In this document: positions 54,005-64,000 of the stretch, piece by piece
How positions within the stretch are numbered: the stretch's first letter is position 1
How the letters are laid out: each line of letters starts with the position of its first letter
From: Octopus vulgaris
Taxonomy: Eukaryota
Length of the DNA stretch: 64,000 nucleotides
Assembly: GCA_951406725.2 (NCBI GenBank)
Contig: OX597816.1
Span: 46,686,001 to 46,750,000 of the forward strand
Direction of reading: 5' to 3'
Notes under the pieces: generated by a model
Told to the model about the DNA's origin: nothing
Database searches by the model: none
What the model saw: only the letters and a program-made list of their open reading frames with translations
Position numbers and translations under genes: made by a program

Positions 54005-54599
54005 TATATAAACTCTTTACAAATGTTGTTGAATGAGGAGGAGAAGGGGCTGCTATGAAAGAAATCTACTGTTTCTCTGATCCTATTGTTTTAATAATAC
54101 CAAATGTTAATATCTCCTCCTCTCATTCTAGCTTTGTATGTTAGGAAATTTTTTTTATTTTAACCATTTTGCGACCATGTTCATTATGAAATTCACCGTC
54201 CACAAGTTTCAATTATTTTTTAATCCTTTTGATACTAACCTGTCCAAAACTGCCTTTGCTTCTGTTTTAACCTTTTAGCAATTAATCTGGTCAAAATATT
54301 CTCCAAATCTTTTGTTCAAACTGACAATGTCCATTCTAAAAATATACCAAACACATCATTGAAATCTCAAAGCTACAAGTTAATCTTTGATTAATTCAAA
54401 ACAATGTGAATAAATAAGCAATGCATTTGACAAAGAAATCTGATGGCTAAAGGGTTAAAGTATTCAAAATTAAACTTCTCGTTAAAATTTCACATTAATT
54501 TATGTTCTAAACAACAGCTAAATAATGAAGTTATTTTACTGTATTCGTCATTATTTTCACAATAAATTGAAAGATAAGCAGTGTGCTTCAACAGGAATA

Positions 54600-55011
54600 T
54601 ACTCTTTACTCTTTTACTTGTTTCAGTCATTTGACTGCGGCCATGCTGGAGCACCGCCTTTAGTCGAGCAAATCGACTTATTCTTTGTAAGCCCAGTACT
54701 TATTCTATCGGTCTCTTTTGCCGAACTGCTAAGTGACGGGGACGTAAACACACAGCAGCATCGGTTGTCAAGCAATGCTAGGGGGACAAGCACAGACACA
54801 CAAACATATACACACACACACAGTTATATATATATATATACATATATACGACAGGCTTCTTTCAGTTTCCGTCTACCAAATCCACTCACAAGGCATTGGT
54901 CGGCCCGGGGCTATAGCAGAAGACACTTGCCCAAGGTGCCACGCAGTGGACTGAACCCGGAACCATGTGGTTGGTAAGCAAGCTACTTACCACACAGCCA
55001 CTCCTATGCCT
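54600..55011 (-). mobile_element. SINE family A, full length, young
   Basis: Highly similar to 53591-54004. Confidence 0.93.
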
Positions 55012-56419
55012 ATATGTTAATTTTTTTTCATACTAGGACAGGTTGGGCAGGTCTGCTATCCAGCCATTCTATACAATCCAGAATCCAAGACCCAGTATAA
55101 TTATTAATCACTACATTAATTATTACATTGTATTAAGTGACTAAACCTTTGCTCACACATTATTTCTTTGTATTCTGGTTGCAAAGCATGTGTATGCACA
55201 CAACTTAGAGGTAATAGCGAATTACTAAGCTTAATAGGGTATCGATTTCAATCATGTACTTCTTACTATGTTATCATAATTAATTTAGGAATTCAAGTTT
55301 GACAAAAGGCTAAATTTACTTTGGCAAGATTCAAATCCACAATTGATAGCTACCAGAAAAAATAAATAAATTATGCAACCCAAACTGACATTCTCCTGTT
55401 GCCTCATTCATTGTCCTAACTTCAGGCATTCAGTTACATATTCATTCTGCATTTTTTTCTTAACCAGGAGCAATTCATTTATTTCTATTATCTGCATATC
55501 ATTCCTAAGACTATGGCTTAAAATATATTATTCATGATGATGAACGACTGAAGGTAGCTTGAATCTGTTTCAAAAGAATCAAATAAGTAATATATAAGCT
55601 TGAACAAAAGATTAATTTATTCTTTAAATCTTAGAATAGTTCAGTAAAATAGAAACTTGCAATACTTAGATGCTGACCTTAAAAAGTATTGTTCTTTGAA
55701 TCATTTGTGTTTCTTTGTTCATAGATTGTGCTTGGCCTCTAAAGAAAAATTAGGTTAGTTTTATGTAAGTCATTTAACTATTTAAAATAGCAGTAGAACA
55801 AATCTTTCTCCAAATGATACTGTAAATGCTGAGAGCAGGGCATCATATTTTGTTGTTTAAAACAATATACTGCCCCCCTCTCTCTTCCTTTTATATATAT
55901 ATATATATATATATATGTCCCAGTGCCATGCTTACGGGCATTAGCAATCATGGACCTCTATGCTAAAGTCTGAAGATATGTGATTTTTCTTCCAAAAGAT
56001 ATCGCAGTAGTTTCCTGTAGCTTTCTGCTGGTCTTGTTTATAACTTACTCTGCTATCTCCTGCTATCTCAGCCTTACCCTCGAGACTAGGGCTTATTTAA
56101 TGCTTAGGGAGAGGGATTGTTTCACTTGACATCAGGACATGCCTACACACCAGTGAGCCTGGGTAACATATGTCTTCGGGTCAACCCTTCTCCAAGTCTT
56201 GTACACCTTAGCCACAAAATCATCTTGTGCTATTTGACCCATAACTAGATCCCATACTATAGTGGATCTGAGAGTAGTGGTGACTAAAGGGTAACTCTAT
56301 TCTCTCTAAAATTCTTGAACCCCTGATGTGTTAGATAATAAAAATAGAACTCCTGATATAACTATGATAGGTTTCAGCCCCAGGCCATGTCTGAAAAAAA
56401 AAACTGAAGCATGATATAG

Positions 56420-56585
56420 TTGCCCATTATGCTCTGTAAAGTGGTTGACATTAGGAAGGGCATCCAGTCATGCAAACTATGTCTAAACAGACAATTGGTG
56501 CCTCATGTAGTTCTCCAGCTGGCCAGCTCCTATCAAACCATCCAACCCATGCCAACATGGAAAATGAACATTAAATGATGAAGAT
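56420..56585 (+). mobile_element. Family C 3' fragment, diverged (similar fragments at ~29400-29612, 36640-36825, 41590-41740, 58230-58440)
   Basis: aagtggttgacattaggaagggcatccag...aacccatgccaacatggaaa...gatg. Confidence 0.7.
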
Positions 56586-59500
56586 GGGAAACTGATTTGT
56601 AGAGATTGTACAGTCAACATAGTATTTTGATATTTTTTATATTTAAAACATATCTGATTTTGAATTTTGCTAGAGTCAAATTTTAGCCCTTAAAATCCAT
56701 AAACTATTGAACTGAACTCTCAAATCAATAAGAAAAAGAAATGACTAATTGAGAAAACTGAACTTTGTAGGTTTCATTTAGTGTCTGTAGGTCTGTTTCA
56801 TCTTTATTGAGCTACACTGTACAACATCAACAATCCCTCTGGTGCAGGATTTATTTTACCAACAAAATTACACAGGCATCTGTGTTAAATTCATGCTTGA
56901 TACATGCCAGCATGGAAACCTAGCATAAAATGATGGCAGTGATGGTAATGATGATAACCCACTCCTATATGCATATTAGCATCCCATTCATATCTGCTTT
57001 GTGACTTCAACAAGTCTAGTTAACAATAGATTCACTGTTCACTTCTTAAACCACTCCTCATTCCTTCCTCCTAAAAGCCCTGGTTAAATACTATCATAGG
57101 AACATACGGATTTACACACGTCATTAAAACTGGTCATTGATGAAATTTAATTGCGACAAATTTTGATGTTTAGAGGGGAGGAGTGTATCAACATTACAGA
57201 ACAGCTATTGTCTATGGTGCTTGCTTTCCAACTCTCCTTAATATGCCAATTTGGAAATGTTCAGCTTCTGCAACATGATAAGATGGGAAACTGATTACTT
57301 GTAGATTGTTACAAATAGCAACCATAGCACTATTTTGATCACTTTCTCGGTTTAATATCATATTTAGTTGGAAGTTACACTGGTCATCTTCGCTACTGTT
57401 ACATTCATAAACAATACTGTTTTCTGGCTCTGAGAAGTAGCATTACAAGACTTGATTTAGCTTTATATTCCATTGTTGTCCTTTCTTTTTGTGTGTTTTG
57501 ACAATGCCTGAAACAAAAGATATCACTGATTTATATTTCACATTTGGTAGGTTCATTTTAATGTTTCCCCTTTCACCGTTATTTTAGTTGTTAGTATTGT
57601 TTGGGTTTTGTAGCCGTCATAGCATTAACATTTTTGTCTAATAATTTTCTTCGTGTCATTGTTGTATACTGAAAGCCTGCCAAACAGATGTAGCACTTTC
57701 AGTAACTGCCCTATTCACACTGACATGAAACATGATTGTATGGTTTTAAGCATTTTCGTCGGGTTGCATCAACATTACAAATATGGGAAGGAAATTCTCA
57801 TCTCTATCTTTAGTCCTCATCATTACTCTGTTTGACATCTATTTTTCATGGTTTGATGTAGTAGATCAGTTTTTCTAATCTAGTTGGTAACTCCCTCTTG
57901 GTGTGGGGAGTCTTGTGAGCACACAGGAGGCCAGCCTATGTTACGGTTGCACTATAGAAGGCGCTTGGTGTTTAGAAGAGTCATGTTTTTTGGGGGGGTT
58001 TTCAGGATTTAAGTTTATAACCACTCTCCTTCACATTTACCCTCTTGTACCTTGAGAGTACATCCTGACACCTCATCACCATCATCATTTTCTCCCTTTT
58101 TCCAGCTGGGGTAGCCATGTATCTTCTCTACAGCAAGACACCTGTTCCTAACCCTCTGGCATACTCTTACATTTTAACATAAACTACTTCCCTGAATACT
58201 ACATTCCTCTCAAACAAGGCGTCATGTCTTGCAAGTTATTTGATGACTACAGTCATGCTGATGACATATTAAAGGCACCCAGTACTTTCTGTAAAGTACT
58301 TGGCATTAAGAAGGGCATCTGACTGTAGAAACCATGTCAAAGCAGACACTGGAACTCAACACAGTCCTGTGACCTGTCAGATCGTGTCAAAGCATCCAAC
58401 CCATGCCAACATGGAATACAGACACTAACTAATGATGATGGTTTTTCAGGATTAGAATATGAGTTCGACCTTAGTATCGGTGTACAGAAACATATTGGTC
58501 GTACACTGAAGTGTACAACATAACTAGTTGTACACTAACTCTGTTATGTAAGCACTCAACTTCTATAGTAATTTCCATTAAGAAAAAATTAACATTTATG
58601 CAAATAGCTATATCCTCCCTCCCAAGAAAAAAAAACATGAAATGAGACATTTTTAAAACCCCATTCAGGGAAAGGGGCACTGAGTTACATAAGGTTAAGA
58701 ACCTATGCATTAGATAGATCCACCTAATTGCTAATTGTTGCCACATCTCCTCTATAGCAATGTACCAAAAAAATACATGATGTTCTTCTCAACACTGCTT
58801 ATACCAAATATGGTAAGCTTGTTTGATATAAATTGCTGGTGATAGAAAACACCTGCTCGTTTCTCTAAGATGACAAATTGATATTTCTAATTATAAATTA
58901 TTTCTATTTTGGTATCTGTGACTGTTGACACCTCACATCTATGTATAGCATTAAAACCTTCAAGTTTTTACTTCAATGAAGCCTAAATTCACTTAATCCT
59001 TAAGCATTTAAACTGGCCATATCCAACCTAAATATTCTCCATGTTTTAAGTTCGAACCAGCTAGATCCAGCCTCTCACACTTATGCTACAATGTCATTCT
59101 TAAAATAATTGCTTCATCAACTTCTTGATGTAGTGAGATAATGCATGATTGATTCAAAAGAATGTAAATAATTATTTGTTCACATTAACATTTGACAGAA
59201 TAATCTGAATGCTAATGTGTTAAAGGAAGACTTGGAATTGAATTAATAGATATTAAGAATATGATGGTACAAGCCAAATCTCATGTCCCAGTGTTTAGTG
59301 ATATGATGATGTTGATAATTTGTTTTCCGTTGGATGTGCTAATTATAATTATTTATTACAAACACTGCTGGTGTCATTAATAGCTAATTTAATTCCTTTT
59401 TCTTTTACTCATTACAACTTAAGTATCTTCATAACGATCATCATTGCTTTCCCACATGAGCAGCAAGTGTCTGAGGGTAGTAGGTTATCTAATTTCGCCT

Positions 59501-60343
59501 GTGAAATTTAAGTAAAAAGATAGTGACGTCCTATGATAGATGTAATTTTCCAGGATCTGATTGACATCTCTCTCTCTTTCCATCTTCCAATTTTATTTAC
59601 CAAGTGGAAGTATTTTGTACCCAGTATGCATCAGTCATTGTCCATACATACATAGAAGCATTCTTTTCTTTTTGTATGTGCACTGGAAGTAAAATGCCTT
59701 TCCTGTCCATTTTAATTTCTCAATATATTTGTTCTTCCTCTTTCTCCTTGCAAACAAAGAGGGGTTTTCTCTTTGGAATTTTTTTCCTGCTAAGTTTGTT
59801 TTGGGTTAAATAATCAGTCTCTTGATTGTTGTAGTTCCCTGGGGTTCTTTTTAAAATGTAAACACCTCACCTGTACCTTGTGCATATAGCTTAAATCTGT
59901 GTGTGTGTGTGTGTTTGTGAATTTCTTATAGCTAGTGTAAACCAGAAGTTTCTAAATGTTGATACATTCTGAAATCATTTTCTTAACACTAATCACTTTA
60001 ACCATTAAAAGGAAGTGGCACTTATTTTTCAAAAACCTATGTCTTTAAAGAAATAATTTAACCTATTTAAATCTGAACATAATACCGGAAACAGAATATC
60101 AAAATTAAAAAATATTTGTGTTATTTAGCCATGGACCTTCAATTGTTTCATCATAGCACTTCCTAATAAAAGCGAAACTAGATTTATCAGAAATGTTTTG
60201 CTTTCAGTTTAATAATTCCAAGATGAGAAGAAGCCAAATATTGTCTGTTAATGTGTGATGCTTGTTATATTTTTCTTTATATGAGAAGTCAACTGTCCAG
60301 TAACTTACACAGCATTAATTTTGGTTCTTGGTGATGTTTACAG

Positions 60344-60438
60344 GAGCTTATGGAACTGCCACGGAAGATGCATCAGATGGGGAGTACTTCCCAGGTAGTA
60401 ATGGCTCCTTTTCCGAAACAGCTTGGGACAACTACCAG
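60344..60438 (+). CDS. klar: Internal coding exon (95 nt, phase 1/0) of the Klarsicht-like protein, not in the ORF track
   Basis: tttacag acceptor at 60343 and CAG|gtattt donor at 60439. Phase 1 continues the previous exon: (G)AYGTATEDASDGEYFPGSNGSFSETAWDNYQ. The SFSExAWDNYQ motif is one I recall as conserved in Klarsicht. Confidence 0.88.
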
Positions 60439-61360
60439 GTATTTTAATTTATTCATTTTTTATTTTTATTATATTTTTCTGTTAATGACTTAGTCAGAAG
60501 AAGAGGTGGCTGGCTACTCTTCCTGTCGGCTGTGACTTTCATCCTTTTGCGATCAATAATGAATGTAACCAATTCCAAGTGATTGAATTGGCAGAACTGT
60601 AACATTATTAGTCTGAATGCCTTCCAGTATTTGTTCCAACTCTTTGCACTCTGAGTTCAAATCCTGCCATGGCCTACATGGCTGGTAGATTTAATCCATC
60701 AATCAATCATCCAGCTGAACATCACTACCTGACACCTTGGATGCCTTTAGTGGAGTTCACTCTGTTGCAAACACTTGGGTCGTATCTTTGGTATGAGGAT
60801 AACTTCCCCCTCTCTCTCTCTCACCTCAGAGGCCCTGTAAAGGGTCATGGATGCTGCTTTTGCTCCTGACTAAATGTAAACGAAAGTGTTTCTGTGAACA
60901 GATAAGGAGGGTACCCAGTCACTGGCAGTTCTCAAAACAAGATGAAAGCCCTATTTTTATCCAAGGTATTTACATGTAGGTTAAATCTACAAATATACTC
61001 AAGAGTATAGTGTTGAAACTAAACAATGCGCTAGTAATTTAATATGGTTAATATTTACTTTGAACTGTTGAAGGTTGGGAAGAAAAAAATTTTTTTTTAA
61101 CTGAGAAAACTCATGATCAAAGGTGTTCCAGACATGACCATCATGTCTTTCAGTTGTGGCTCTGTTCTGATTGAACAGATCTGTATAGTCAAAGGCATTT
61201 CATTCCTGACTATTCAGTCTTTTTCTCATTGCAGAGCACCTAGGACCAATATAGCTTTGTATTTTTTTAGATCATCAGAAGTGATTTGAGGAAGATTTAA
61301 CTACTATTCTGGCAAGTCATAAATCATGTAGAGGCTTTCATGCTAGCTCATAGAATGATA

Positions 61361-61823
61361 TTAACCCTTTAGTGTAATATCTGGCCCAAATATTCTATGT
61401 TTTATATTCAAACTGGCGATATCTGGCCTCTCACACCTAATCTACATTGACATTCTAAAAATAAACAATCACGTCATTGAAACCTCAAAGCTATAAGATA
61501 ATACAGGATTAATTAAAAAGCTCTACCTGCGACGATTTCATCTCAATCGAAGGAGAGGAGCTTTCTCCGTCCGGGTTGCGGATCCGTGGAACAAGCTGCC
61601 AGATGAGATGGTGAAGATGCCAACGACCGCTTTGTTCAAAGCCTCCCTGGACCTCAAGTGGCCTGAACTCTTTACATGAACACCACCCTGTACTTAACTC
61701 CATGTCCCCCTACATGGCCTTGCTATTTGCTTTTGAGCCAAATTAACTAACTAACTAACTAACTAACAATTTGAGTAAAAAAATATTACATTTAACAGAG
61801 TAATCTGAACACTAAAGGGTTAA
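61361..61823. mobile_element. piggyBac-type MITE family D interrupted by a CR1 3' fragment
   Basis: Perfect 15-bp inverted termini ttaaccctttagtgt / acactaaagggttaa, including TTAA. Confidence 0.85.
61518..61767 (+). mobile_element. CR1-clade LINE 3' end (5'-truncated) with (TAAC)n tail
   Basis: 61518-61679 reads KLYLRRFHLNRRRGAFSVRVADPWNKLPDEMVKMPTTALFKASLDLKWPELFT*, followed by a 3'UTR and (TAAC)n. Confidence 0.88.
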
Positions 61824-62447
61824 ATAAGAATGTACTTCTGGAAAGACTCTGTTAATTTCATACATTAGAAGAAACAACATCAGACTCCTTTTTTCAACTA
61901 ACAATGTCTGTTGTGACTGCTTTTGTGAAAGAAAAAAAAAAAATCAAGTAACTATTAAAAACTATATGAGAACTTCAACCCTGAATATCATAATCAAAAG
62001 CAGATGTTGATTTGGATTTTATCATGAAGTTCTTGTTAACACCTAACATTATTGGCACTAAATCATTTTATGGGTATTTAAACAGAACCCTTCCTCTCAA
62101 AAATAAACTGGTTTATCTTTGGTGATGGGACTATGCCATGCTTTTGTATTGTAAGCAGCAGCAGGTTGAACAAAGCCGATTGTGTCAGGCTTGCTGAATG
62201 AAATGGAGGCAGGAGGTACACATACACATCAACACACTATATACACAACCTGACTTTCTCTACTTCATTACTTGGCCACTTTGTTGATAATTTTCTTTTA
62301 CTGTTAATTTTTTTTGTTTTTTTTTTTCCTTTCTTTTGAGTTTGAATACAAAATGTGAGTGCTTGATACATTGTACTGTTGTTTCAGTTCATATATAAAC
62401 ATAAAAATATTCTTGACAATTACAATTCCAAAAAGAATTACATACAT

Positions 62448-62478
<31 letters not shown>

Positions 62479-62493
62479 CTATATATACTATAT

Positions 62494-62800
62494 ATACTAT
62501 ATTTGTCCTCGCGTTGTTGTGTTTTTTTGTGCTTTCTTGTTTGGATTAACTTTATATATATATATATATATATATATTTGTGCTTTCTTGTTTGGATTAA
62601 CTTTATATATATATATATATATAAAGTTAATCCAAACAAGAAAGCACAAAAAAACAACAACGCGAGGACAAATATAGTATTATTGGACACTCAGGAAAGA
62701 AGGAGGGTTTAACGTTTCAAGCGGAGCTCTTCGTCGGAAACATAGACGGAAAGATCCAGAGAAAAAAAATCGCCAACAGTACACACGCAGTCACATTTTG
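62494..62800 (-). mobile_element. Penelope-like element end with inverted partial terminal copy around a (TA)n tract
   Basis: 62494-62553 is the reverse complement of 62623-62680, with an extra partial duplicate at 62578-62604. Hammerhead motif at 62707-62741. Confidence 0.55.
62707..62741 (-). ncRNA. Minimal type I hammerhead motif, variant core (CCGACGA)
   Basis: Minus strand reads GUUU-CCGACGA-A-GAGC-UCC-GCUU-GAAAC-GUU-AAAC: stem I GUUU/AAAC, stem II GAGC/GCUU. Confidence 0.55.
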
Positions 62801-64000
62801 AATGTGTGTATACACACACACACACACACACACACTCATGCATACACCCAAAAGCCAAGCACACATCCACACAGACATGTCAGTATAGATATATTTATGC
62901 GCACACATATACCAAGGAAAGAGAGTAAGGTGTGTGTATGTTTATTTTTTACTATTTTTTTAAACCTGGCTATATAAACATGTATATACAAATATGTGAT
63001 ATTTTTAACTCCCTATACACTAAATGCTATTTTGAAGCAACTATTGTCTTTGATATTATGAGAAAATAAAAGGCATGGTGCATGAACATTTGCATAAACT
63101 GCATTTCAGATAGGCTGTTAGTCACATAATAAACAGATTGTGCAACCTGCACATAGCAACTTGTGGTTGCTATGTGCATATTCTTTTCATATATTTTTGT
63201 TTTGTTTATCTACAGTTTATATTGTACTCATTTACTTCTTATCGATTCTCATTCATCCTGAACATTCGGCAGTTTAATGGCAGTAAAATGACATGGGCAT
63301 CTTTGATGAATAAATTCATTTGCATAGAAAGAATCTAAGCTTGAGCACAGGCATATGTTGTTTATAAATAAATAAAACCCATATATTTGTATGAAGCACT
63401 AGCAGAAGATTTGAGATCATGGTATCAAATCTAGGAAAGACTTGTTAACAATGTAGGAGAAATAAATTTACTAAGTTTTGATTGAGCTAATGTTTGGTGC
63501 TATAAAACTACCTGACTTGAAGTGGTCAGTGGTAGACACAGTTTTAGTGTTTTGTCATTTATCTCAAAAGATTACTTGTACATGCTGTACTTAATCCTAG
63601 TGATGGAAGTTGGGAGCGGGGATGTTTGAAAAACTGAGGTGACTGAAGTGGGGAAATTCTGGGTTTGAATCCTATGCAATGACTTGTTTTTCTAGGAATT
63701 ACATCTCGTAACATCTTGCCTCAGCACATGAAACAATACAGGTGTGGGGGTAGTTCAGAGAGATTTGGCCACTCTTTTAACAGATCTTAACATGTAGAAA
63801 CTTGATTAGAAGTGAAGTGTGTGTGTGTGTGTGTGTTATTTAAAATGGAAATATTTAGCTCATACATAAATAACAAACCATTTGTTATTATGCATTCATT
63901 ACTTATTTGTGTTCGCTAGAATTTCATTTATTTCTCCCAAAATGGTCCTTAGTTAACCAGTACTGTATATTATTTATTATATTTAGCATGCCAGGCTAAA

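Noticed and set aside
54525-54977. Recurrent ORFs containing ASFSFRLPNPLTR or GGKLAESLAR
   Set aside because: Translations of SINE families A and B, repeated at every copy.

Overview
AT-rich, repeat-dense animal genomic DNA. The SINE repertoire and abundant (TA/TG)n tracts suggest an octopus/coleoid cephalopod; this is an inference from remembered repeat families. The window lies inside one large + strand gene. Three phase-compatible coding exons (15787-16014, 49527-51093, 60344-60438) encode a Klarsicht-like (nesprin/AKAP6-related spectrin-repeat) protein, and both gene ends lie outside the window. A candidate alternative first exon sits at about 31600-31748. The introns are filled with tRNA-derived SINEs (informal families A, B, E and F), an RTE-tail element (C), piggyBac- and hAT-type MITEs, a non-autonomous Helitron, a mariner fragment, CR1/RTE LINE fragments and long microsatellites, often nested with readable target-site duplications. 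The most notable hidden signal is a short (TA)n-embedded element present in about five copies. It carries minimal type I hammerhead ribozyme folds with non-canonical catalytic cores, including a tandem pair and an inverted-repeat copy, resembling Penelope-like elements or retrozymes. Almost all other ORFs in the track are artefacts of microsatellites or SINEs. No prokaryote-type system is present.
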